A stretch of 35,866 nucleotides of DNA from Gammaproteobacteria bacterium (GTDB lineage: Bacteria; Pseudomonadota; Gammaproteobacteria; Natronospirales; REEB76). The stretch lies in assembly GCA_035701605.1 (NCBI GenBank), contig DASSRV010000081.1, positions 1 through 35,866 of the forward strand, written 5' to 3'. How positions within the stretch are numbered: position 1 is the first letter of the stretch; each line of letters opens with the position of its first letter. The notes below the pieces were generated by a model. The model ran no database searches. It was not told the DNA's origin and saw nothing but the letters and a program-made list of their open reading frames with translations. Made by a program: the position numbers and the translations under genes. Of the stretch, positions 26,362 through 33,274 are shown piece by piece.

Positions 26362-27921
26362 TTACTTCGCGGTATTTTCCGGTGCCGCGGTGCGCGGGCC
26401 GGCATCGCGCAGCCAGCCCAGCAGTTCCCGGAGTTTGGGCGGCGCACCGGTATTGAGCAGGCCGATCTTGAAAATGCGGCCCGAGGCGTACAGCACCAGC
26501 ACCACGGTCGCGATCAGCAGCAGGGTGGTGAAGATGTAGTCCGTCACCGGCGGCGGCGCAGCCGAGCGGTTCATCATCAGGAACGGGGTCAACGGCGGGA
26601 TGTAGGACAAGACGCGTGCCCAGATCGCGCTGGGATCCTTGACGATCGGAATCATCAGAATCAGTGGCAGGGTCATCGAAAGGATGACCGGCGTCACGTA
26701 GGGCTGGGCTTCGCGGATATTGTTTACCGAGGCGCCGATCGCCCCCAGGATGGAAGCAAACAGCAGGAAGCCGAGCACGAAATACACCAGGAACCAGACG
26801 ATGTTGCCGACCGAGATGCCGGCCAGCACCGCGGCGACGGTGCCGCCCAGGGTAAACAGGGCGCCGGTGCCGGCCACCAGCCCCAGGATCAGTATCAGCC
26901 AGCCGAGCACCATGGTGATGCCGACACCGGCGACGCCGAGCGTCTTGCCGGCCACGATGTCGCTGGATTCGATGGCTGACAGCAGGCTTTCCGCGATACG
27001 CGTGGATTTCTCCTCGATGGTGGACATCATCAGCAGTTGCGCGATCGGCATGATGGCGAGGAACAGCAGATAGACGTAGCCCACCGGTAGCCACTGCGCG
27101 ACCTGTTCCGCGGTGGTGGCGGTCTTGGCGCCCTTTGCGGTGACCAACTGGCTGTCGAAATCCACGTTCTCTTGCAGCCACTTGGCCTTGTCGGCGGACA
27201 AGCCGGATTGCGCAGCCTTGCGGGTCTGCACCACGGTGGTCACCAGGCGGCCGAACCAGTCGCGCAGATCGGTGTCGGTCAGGTTGAGCGAGGCATAGGT
27301 GTATTTCGCATCCGGCTTGAGCGGATCGGTCGGCAGATCGAACCAGGCGAACAACTTCTTGCTGTTCACCGCCGCGCGCAGGTTCGCCGGCGCCTGCGTG
27401 ACGAGATGGAAGCGCGCGATGGCGAGATTGTGATCCAGCGCGCTCGCCTGTTTCGGCGTGAGCGTGCGATACCACTCGATCAATGCCGCGCGTTGCTGCC
27501 AGATCGCGAGTGCATCGGGTTCGGTGGGTACGGGCTTGCCTGCGGCGAGCGCTTCGCCCAGCGTCTTGCGCCGGTCGTCATGAAGTTTTTCGGCGGCAGG
27601 CTTGATCTTCGCCAGCACCGTCGGCAGGGTCTTCACGTCCACGGGCGCGGTGTGTGCGGCGAGCCTGATGAGCCGCGTGTAATCGCTCGCCGCAATGCGC
27701 TGTTCCACGGCCGGCATGATCCAGCCGGAGTGATCCACCACCACGTAATCCTTCGCGGTCTGGAATTGCTGGATCAGGATCGGAATGAAAATGAACGCCA
27801 GCAGGATGGCAGGAGTCAGCAACAGGCCGATCCAGAAACGGGGGCGCGCCACATAGGCGACGTAGTCGCGCTGGGCGACCAGCAAGATGTTACGCAGCGT
27901 CACGGGCGTTCTCCACGGCAT
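26362..27921 (-). CDS. ABC-2 type transporter permease (NatB-like, with a large extracytoplasmic loop)
   Basis: An N-terminal TM segment, a soluble loop of about 230 aa, then five hydrophobic segments in the C-terminal half. The gene overlaps the upstream ATPase gene. An alternative GTG start lies at 27903. Confidence 0.8.
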   Translation of the reverse strand: MPWRTPVTLRNILLVAQRDYVAYVARPRFWIGLLLTPAILLAFIFIPILIQQFQTAKDYVVVDHSGWIMPAVEQRIAASDYTRLIRLAAHTAPVDVKTLPTVLAKIKPAAEKLHDDRRKTLGEALAAGKPVPTEPDALAIWQQRAALIEWYRTLTPKQASALDHNLAIARFHLVTQAPANLRAAVNSKKLFAWFDLPTDPLKPDAKYTYASLNLTDTDLRDWFGRLVTTVVQTRKAAQSGLSADKAKWLQENVDFDSQLVTAKGAKTATTAEQVAQWLPVGYVYLLFLAIMPIAQLLMMSTIEEKSTRIAESLLSAIESSDIVAGKTLGVAGVGITMVLGWLILILGLVAGTGALFTLGGTVAAVLAGISVGNIVWFLVYFVLGFLLFASILGAIGASVNNIREAQPYVTPVILSMTLPLILMIPIVKDPSAIWARVLSYIPPLTPFLMMNRSAAPPPVTDYIFTTLLLIATVVLVLYASGRIFKIGLLNTGAPPKLRELLGWLRDAGPRTAAPENTAK

Positions 27922-28798
27922 TCAGGAAGATCTGCTTGAGCGAGGCTTCGCGAGTGTCGAAGCGGCGGATGCGCACGCGCCCGAGCAGGGTTTGCAGCAG
28001 GGCCTGGGCATCGGCGTCGTCCGCAAGTTGCAGTTCCGCATGCTGGCCGGAATCGTCCGCGTTCAAGACCCCCGGCAATGCGGCCAGATTGCCGGCATCG
28101 CCCTCGTAATCGAGCAGCACGGTGCGCCCGCCGGAAGCCTTGACCTCGCTCAGCGAACCGGAGACCTTGTGGCGTCCGCGATCAATGATGATCACCGCGT
28201 CGCAGATCTGCTCGGCGTGTTCCACCACGTGCGTGGAGAAGATCACGGTGCGGCCTTCGCGCTTGTACTGCTTGATGAGTTCCAGCACCATCTCGGCGTT
28301 CACCGGATCGAGACCCGAGAACGGCTCATCCAGCACCACCAGCTCCGGATCGTGCAGCAGCGTCGCAATCACCTGCGCCTTCTGACCCATGCCCTTGGAC
28401 AGGGTGTTGCACTTGTCCTTGAGCCGCGCGCCGAGGCCGGCGTTCTCGAGCCGCGTGCGGGCACGGTCCTGGGCGTCGCGCCGGCTCAGGCCGCGCAGGC
28501 GCCCGAAGTAGCTCACCATGTCGAGCACGCGCATGTCCTTGTACAGGCCGTTTTCTTCCGGCAGATAACCGATACGCGCACGCGCCGCTTCCGGGCTTTG
28601 ACCGCCCAGCACCGTGACACTGCCGGCGTCCGGCGACAGGATGCCGGTGATCATGCGCAGCGTGGTGGTCTTGCCGGCACCATTGGGACCGAGGAAGCCG
28701 TAGATGCTGCCGGCCGGCACGTTCAGCGACAACTGGTTCACGGCGGTGTGGCTGCCGAAATACTTGCTGGCATCCCGGATGGTGATGGCATCGCTCAT
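27890..28798 (-). CDS. ABC transporter ATP-binding protein
   Basis: Walker A GPNGAGKTT, signature LSKGMGQK and Walker B LVVLDEPFSGLD. ATG 28798 is preceded by a GAGGGA Shine-Dalgarno. Confidence 0.9.
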   Translation of the reverse strand: MSDAITIRDASKYFGSHTAVNQLSLNVPAGSIYGFLGPNGAGKTTTLRMITGILSPDAGSVTVLGGQSPEAARARIGYLPEENGLYKDMRVLDMVSYFGRLRGLSRRDAQDRARTRLENAGLGARLKDKCNTLSKGMGQKAQVIATLLHDPELVVLDEPFSGLDPVNAEMVLELIKQYKREGRTVIFSTHVVEHAEQICDAVIIIDRGRHKVSGSLSEVKASGGRTVLLDYEGDAGNLAALPGVLNADDSGQHAELQLADDADAQALLQTLLGRVRIRRFDTREASLKQIFLNAVENARDAA

Positions 28799-28875
28799 GC
28801 GCGTTCCCTCGTCGAAAGTGCCGGAATTATACGGGAGCGAAGTGCGGAAGTAAGGTGACAATCGTCAGCAGTTGC

Positions 28876-28905
28876 AAATGAAACGGGGCCGCGCTGCGGC
28901 CCCGT
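28876..28905 (-). terminator. Intrinsic terminator after the DUF2914 gene
   Basis: The minus strand reads ACGGGGCCGC-agc-GCGGCCCCGT followed by TTCATTT. Confidence 0.6.
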
Positions 28906-28928
28906 CTGTATCCATCTGGAAGAGGCGG

Positions 28929-29450
28929 TTACTTCGCGCCACCACCGGCGGCGGCGTCAGTTGCGGCGGCCTTGGTGTACTCGAAGGATTTCTTCGTCAG
29001 CACGTTGCCGGCGTCATCCAGCACTTCCACGCTCCAGGTGCCGGTCATGACCGGATCGAGGTTCTTGCTGGAATAGGTGCGCCAGCGCGCGGCCATCGGG
29101 TGCAGCTTCACTTCCGCGACGGTGTTGCCGTTGAAGCTCCAGCGGTGCGTCACGGTCTGGCCCGACATGTTCTTGAGATCCGTGAAGAAGTAGATCTTGG
29201 TGTGACTGTTGTCGAGCGTGGTGACGTCGTCCGTGGGTTCGTGGTCGGCAACTGCGGTGGTGAACTGCGCGCGCGCCACTTCGGCTGCCGCGGCAGCGGA
29301 TTTGTTCTGGCTCGGTGCGGGCATGGCGCTGGCCGCGGCGGGCGCCGCCGTGCTGCTTGCGTCCTGGGGTGCGGCGGCCTGGGCCATGCCCACCGTCAGC
29401 AACATACCGCCGCACACGGCGGCGAGGATGGTTTTGTCAGTCTTGCGCAT
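28929..29450 (-). CDS. Secreted DUF2914-like protein
   Basis: A signal peptide MRKTDKTILAAVCGGMLLTVGMAQA and an Ala/Ser/Pro-rich linker. The C-terminal domain reads FTTAVADHEP...KIYFFTDLKNMSGQTVTHRWSFNG...WRTYSSKNL...GTWSVEVLDDAGNVL. A GAGGAG Shine-Dalgarno is present. Confidence 0.65.
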   Translation of the reverse strand: MRKTDKTILAAVCGGMLLTVGMAQAAAPQDASSTAAPAAASAMPAPSQNKSAAAAAEVARAQFTTAVADHEPTDDVTTLDNSHTKIYFFTDLKNMSGQTVTHRWSFNGNTVAEVKLHPMAARWRTYSSKNLDPVMTGTWSVEVLDDAGNVLTKKSFEYTKAAATDAAAGGGAK

Positions 29451-29594
29451 GGGACAATCTCCTCAGTCAATTTGGTGTAGTTATGGAATGCCTGACCCCA
29501 AGTGCACGGAACCGGACGGTCCGGGGGTGGACTTGAGTATAGTGCGCCGCCGGCGCGTGGGCGGCCCGGTTATACATAATGGAGAATGACGAAC

Positions 29595-30155
29595 ATGCGC
29601 TCCGTTTCCGCAGTTCTGCTGGGACTGATGCTCTGCACCACGCCCGCGATGGCAGCCGATACCCTGGGGTTTTCGTGGCTGGGTGCGTCGTTCGGCACGC
29701 TGCGTCCGGAGCAGGGCGCGCGCGGCCATGCCGAGACGCTGACGCTCGGCTACGCGCTCAGCGATCAGGCCTTCATGTATGCGGACGGCGACGCGCAGCA
29801 TTTCGATACCGCCGACCTGCGCCGTTACGATTTCGGCGTCGGCATCAACAGCGATCCCGCGGCGGGCTACGTGGTGTTCGCCACGGTCGGCTGGAACAAC
29901 CTGGGCGTGGATGCGGCACCGGCCGGCCGGCGACGGCACGGTTTCGATGCCAGCGCCGGCGTGCGCGCGCTGCTCGCGCCGCACTGGGAGGTGTATGCGC
30001 GTGCGCGGTACACGCACAATCCGCTCGCGGGCGCGTCCAGCGACGGCGCGGCCGGCGTGCGTTATCAATTCACGCCGTCCCTGAGTCTGGATCTCGGCGT
30101 GGATGTCGCGCCGGAGCAGACCGCCTGGCGTCTGGGTCTGCGGCTGTATTATTGA
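29595..30155 (+). CDS. Small outer-membrane beta-barrel protein (predicted)
   Basis: A signal peptide MRSVSAVLLGLMLCTTPAMAA, alternating hydrophobic strands and an aromatic C-terminus LGLRLYY. A GGAGA Shine-Dalgarno lies 9 nt upstream. An alternative ATG is at 29586. Confidence 0.6.
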   Translation: MRSVSAVLLGLMLCTTPAMAADTLGFSWLGASFGTLRPEQGARGHAETLTLGYALSDQAFMYADGDAQHFDTADLRRYDFGVGINSDPAAGYVVFATVGWNNLGVDAAPAGRRRHGFDASAGVRALLAPHWEVYARARYTHNPLAGASSDGAAGVRYQFTPSLSLDLGVDVAPEQTAWRLGLRLYY

Positions 30156-30160
30156 GCATC

Positions 30161-30643
30161 ATGCGCATCGTGCCCGCCCTGCTGCTGTGTCTGCTCACCG
30201 TGTCCGGCGGCGCGGCACGGGCCGCGGACTGGTCGCTGTACTGGGGCGCGGAGGCGGGGCTGCTGTTGCCGCAAGGCGAACGCAATCGGACCGGTGTTCA
30301 GGCCGTCGGACGCCTCGGATTGCAGGCCGCGCGGCTGCCGGGATTCGCGGCGGAAGCGGAGCTCGGCACCACGCTGAAAGCCGCGCAATATCGCAGCAGC
30401 GATCTCAAGCTCACCACACTGGCCGGTTACCTTGCCTGGCGCAGCGCCGGGCGCTGGTATTTCAAGGTGCGTGGCGGCGGCCTCTGGGAATGGACGCGCC
30501 TCGGCGCGGGCCGTGCCAGCGATGGCGGCCTGAGCGGCGGATTCGGCGGCGGCTACCGTTTTGACGACGGGCGCAGGCTGGAACTCGAATTCACCGTCAT
30601 CGAGCGCAACGTGAACATGCTGAGCCTGAGTTACCGGTTTTAG
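30161..30643 (+). CDS. Small outer-membrane beta-barrel protein (predicted), tandem to the previous gene
   Basis: A signal peptide MRIVPALLLCLLTVSGGAARA, a beta-strand pattern and a C-terminal ...MLSLSYRF. It is embedded in the composite ORF 29579..30643. Confidence 0.6.
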   Translation: MRIVPALLLCLLTVSGGAARAADWSLYWGAEAGLLLPQGERNRTGVQAVGRLGLQAARLPGFAAEAELGTTLKAAQYRSSDLKLTTLAGYLAWRSAGRWYFKVRGGGLWEWTRLGAGRASDGGLSGGFGGGYRFDDGRRLELEFTVIERNVNMLSLSYRF

Positions 30644-30695
30644 CATTCAAGAGACGCGACTTCCCCGAGCCAACGCGGCCTGACGCGATAGTGCC

Positions 30696-30728
30696 GGAAA
30701 AGACAAGGGCCCCTGCGGGGCCCTTGTC
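30696..30728 (-). terminator. Bidirectional hairpin terminator between the OMP gene and degQ
   Basis: GACAAGGGCCC-ctgcg-GGGCCCTTGTC forms an 11-bp stem. The minus-strand reading is followed by TTTTCC. Confidence 0.6.
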
Positions 30729-30750
30729 GCGTGTGGTGCAATGCCGCCGC

Positions 30751-32124
30751 TTACTGCAGCACCAGATAGAACGCCTGATCGCCGCGGCGCACGCGCAAGG
30801 CCACGCCGCCCTTGGTCTTGTCGAGTGCCTTGCGGAATCCCGCCACATCGGTGACAGGGGCGCGATTGACCGCGGTGATCACGTCACCGGGACGCAGGCC
30901 GGCCTGGAATGCCTCGCTGTTGCGCGCCACGCCGGTGACCTGCACGCCTTTCACTTCGCCGTACAACGGCGAGCTGGCGTCCAGATTGCTGACCGAAAGG
31001 CCACGCAGTTCCGGATGGTTTTCGCCACCGACACTTTCCGATTGCCGCTTGCCGATGGTCGCGGTAATCGTGATCGGCTTGCCGTTGCGCAGGATGCCGA
31101 GCGTGACCTTGCTGCCGATGCGCATGACGCCGATGGCGTTGCTGACATCCGCCGCACTGGCCACCGGCGAGCCGTTGACGCTGGTAATCACGTCATTGGG
31201 CCTGATGCCGGCTTTCTCGGCTTCCGAACCCGGCACCACCTGCGTCACCAGTGCGCCCTGATTGGCCTGGATGCCGAGCGGCCCGGCCAGATCCGGCGAC
31301 AGGTTCTGCACCCCCACGCCCAGTACGCCGCGTTCCACCTTGCCGTACTTGATGAGCTGCTGCATCACGGACTTGGCCATGTTGATCGGAATCGCGAAGC
31401 CGATGCCGATGTTGCCGCCGCCGCGCGACAGGATGGCGGTGTTGATGCCGACCAGGTTGCCGGCCAGATCCACCAGCGCGCCGCCGGAATTGCCGGGGTT
31501 GATGGAGGCGTCAGTCTGGATGAAGTTCTCGTACTTGCCGTCGCCGATTTCGCCGCGGCCCTTGGCGCTGACGATGCCGGCGGTAACGGAATGGTTGAGG
31601 CCGAAGGGATTGCCGATGGCGACCACGAAATCGCCGACTTCCAGCCGGCCGGAATTGCCGAGCGGGATGGCGGTCAGGTTCTTGGCGTCAATCTTGAGCA
31701 CCGCGAGATCGGTATCGGGATCGGTGCCCACCACTTTCGCCTTGAACGTGCGGTTGTCGTACAGCCGCACCGTGATCTGATCCGCGTTCTCCACCACGTG
31801 GTTGTTGGTGAGGATGTAACCCTTGTCCGCGTCCACGATCACGCCCGAACCCAGGCTCTGGAACTGGCGCTGGGCCGGCATGTTGGGGGTACCGAAGAAT
31901 TGCTGGAAGAACGGATCATTGAAAAACGGGTTCTGTTTCACTTCCACGTGCCCGCGCGTGGACACGTTGACCACGGCCGGGGTCACGCGTTTGATCATGG
32001 GCGCGAGTGTCGGCACCGGCTGGCCGTTGACGAACGGCGGCGGCATGTGGGCGGTGGCGTTGAATGCAAGCACTGAGAAAGCGACCGCGCACAGCGCGGC
32101 AATGAAGCTCGAATGGCGTTTCAT
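30751..32124 (-). CDS. Periplasmic serine endoprotease, DegP/DegQ (HtrA, Do) family with two PDZ domains
   Basis: A signal peptide [25 protein letters not shown]. The catalytic triad context is ILTNNHVV ... DLAVLKI ... [10 protein letters not shown]. Two PDZ segments follow. An AGAGGGA Shine-Dalgarno is present. Confidence 0.9.
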   Translation of the reverse strand: MKRHSSFIAALCAVAFSVLAFNATAHMPPPFVNGQPVPTLAPMIKRVTPAVVNVSTRGHVEVKQNPFFNDPFFQQFFGTPNMPAQRQFQSLGSGVIVDADKGYILTNNHVVENADQITVRLYDNRTFKAKVVGTDPDTDLAVLKIDAKNLTAIPLGNSGRLEVGDFVVAIGNPFGLNHSVTAGIVSAKGRGEIGDGKYENFIQTDASINPGNSGGALVDLAGNLVGINTAILSRGGGNIGIGFAIPINMAKSVMQQLIKYGKVERGVLGVGVQNLSPDLAGPLGIQANQGALVTQVVPGSEAEKAGIRPNDVITSVNGSPVASAADVSNAIGVMRIGSKVTLGILRNGKPITITATIGKRQSESVGGENHPELRGLSVSNLDASSPLYGEVKGVQVTGVARNSEAFQAGLRPGDVITAVNRAPVTDVAGFRKALDKTKGGVALRVRRGDQAFYLVLQ

Positions 32125-32290
32125 GCTGATCCCTCTTGTCGTGATACACAAAGCCAGGGCACGGCGTGTGTGCCGTGCCGTGCGCAGATGAAATGCGGCA
32201 GCACCCCCGTGCTGAAAAGCCGTATTGCGGGTGCCGGCGCGTCCGTCGCGGGGTGAAACTGGAAAATGAACGGACCGGGGCCGGCCTTGC

Positions 32291-32319
32291 TACAGACGCG
32301 CGCCGGGCCGGAAAGTTCC
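32291..32319 (-). promoter_or_regulatory. Putative sigma-E (RpoE/AlgU-type) promoter upstream of degQ
   Basis: The minus strand reads GGAACTT-N16-TCTGTA (-35 at 32313-32319, -10 at 32291-32296). The -35 is embedded in the 3' arm of the hsp20 terminator hairpin. Confidence 0.35.
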
Positions 32320-32338
32320 CCGCCATGCGGCGGGGAAC
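32315..32338 (-). terminator. Hairpin terminator after the hsp20 gene
   Basis: The minus strand reads GTTCCCCGCC-gcat-GGCGGGGAAC followed by TTTCC. Confidence 0.5.
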
Positions 32339-32352
32339 CTTGACGGGCAGGC

Positions 32353-32787
32353 TCAGGCGGCTTTCACCGTGATGCGTTTCGGCTGCACCCTGGCGTGCTT
32401 CGGGATCACGATCTCGAGCACCCCGTGTGCACCGTGCGCGCTGACGCCTTCCGCGTCGGCGGTGTCGGGCAGCGTGAAGCGGCGGAAGAACCGGCCGCTG
32501 ACGCGCTCCACGCGACGCCAGCCCTCATGCGCCTCGCGGCTCTCGTCACGGCGCTCACCGCGCAGGGTCAGTACGCCGTCTTCCATGGTCACCTCGATGT
32601 CTTTCGGGTCCACGCCCGGGATGTCGGCGCGGATCACGAAGCGCTCGACCTCCTCCTTGATGTCCACCGTCGGCACCCAATCGGTGGCGGCCTGCGCGCT
32701 CTCGTCGGGCGTGCGCTCGAACAGGCGGTTCATTTCATTGTGCAACTGGGTCATCAGACTCCAGGGCTCATAACGGATCATGCTCAT
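32353..32787 (-). CDS. Hsp20/alpha-crystallin family small heat-shock protein
   Basis: WVPTVDIKEEVERFVIRADIPGVDPKDIEVTMEDGVLTLRGERR...RFFRRFTLPDTADAEGVSAHGAHGVLEIVIPK. Confidence 0.9.
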   Translation of the reverse strand: MSMIRYEPWSLMTQLHNEMNRLFERTPDESAQAATDWVPTVDIKEEVERFVIRADIPGVDPKDIEVTMEDGVLTLRGERRDESREAHEGWRRVERVSGRFFRRFTLPDTADAEGVSAHGAHGVLEIVIPKHARVQPKRITVKAA

Positions 32788-32825
32788 GGCGGGTCCTCCA
32801 GGTTCAGTGCCATTTCCGATGCTCC

Positions 32826-32857
32826 ATAAGTGCGGGCGCTTGCGCGCTTCTCAAGGG
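32826..32857 (-). promoter_or_regulatory. Putative sigma-32 (RpoH) heat-shock promoter of hsp20
   Basis: The minus strand reads CCCTTGAGA-N12-CCCGCACTTAT, compared with the consensus CCCTTGAA-N13-15-CCCCATNT. It lies about 45 nt upstream of the GGAGGA Shine-Dalgarno and ATG. Confidence 0.35.
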
Positions 32858-33044
32858 TCCGGGCCGGCCGGCCGGCGTGGAACACGCGAAATTCCACCGG
32901 GAGCTTCCCTTGCCGAAAGCTTTGTGGTTTACTCGCCGCATCCCAGATGTTGTGTTCAGCACTGCGACCCATCCGGCTCCGAAATGAGCTCGGACAGGCC
33001 GTAACTTATTTGCATAAGTCTTTGAATCAAAAGAAAATATTTAT

Positions 33045-33073
33045 TTGACAAACGCCCGACCCCGGACTACGCT
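33045..33073 (+). promoter_or_regulatory. Putative sigma-70 promoter of nrdJ
   Basis: TTGACA (33045-33050), N17, TACGCT (33068-33073), inside an AT-rich stretch. This implies a leader of about 195 nt. Confidence 0.3.
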
Positions 33074-33100
33074 TTAGACGTGCATGATGAGGCTGCATAG

Positions 33101-33116
33101 GCACAACATCTTGTGG
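33101..33116 (+). promoter_or_regulatory. NrdR-box-like palindrome in the nrdJ leader
   Basis: gCACAACATCTTGTGg matches the recalled NrdR box consensus acaCwAtATaTwGtgt at about 12/16. I could not find a convincing second box at the usual spacing. Confidence 0.25.
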
Positions 33117-33274
33117 TTGTGCTTCCCCAGCTTTTGCACAGTTTATCCACGGATTTCAGGACCCCGGTCTGCAAGGGAAGCGATGGTGCAGACCCCAGCA
33201 ATACCAATAACAAGCAGGGTGGCTTGCCCCGCGCAGGGCGCCCGCATGCAAAACATGGAGCGCAGGCTTAAGTT

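Noticed and set aside
25405-27475. ORFs 25405..26136(-), 25407..26456(+) and 26300..27475(-), with Arg/Pro/Ala-rich translations
   Set aside because: They are alternative frames of the NDUFA9-like gene and the ABC-2 permease. The chosen frames show a Rossmann motif and transmembrane segments respectively.
29579-30643. A single 354-aa + ORF spanning both outer-membrane barrel genes
   Set aside because: The first two-thirds is an out-of-frame, Arg-rich read over the 29595..30155 gene. Only the segment from ATG 30161 (signal peptide MRIVPALLL...) looks like a real protein.
30691-32076. A 461-aa + strand ORF opposite degQ
   Set aside because: The minus strand encodes a textbook HtrA protease (GNSGG and two PDZ domains). 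The + frame is an Arg/Ala/His-rich shadow.
33160-33274. A possible cobalamin riboswitch in the nrdJ leader (GGGAAGCGATGGTGCAGACCCC ... AAGCAGGGTGGCTTGCC)
   Set aside because: There is only a loose resemblance to the GGGAA/GGTG core, and the B12-box does not align. B12 riboswitches normally repress B12-independent isozymes, not the B12-dependent NrdJ. I cannot support it without a covariance-model scan.
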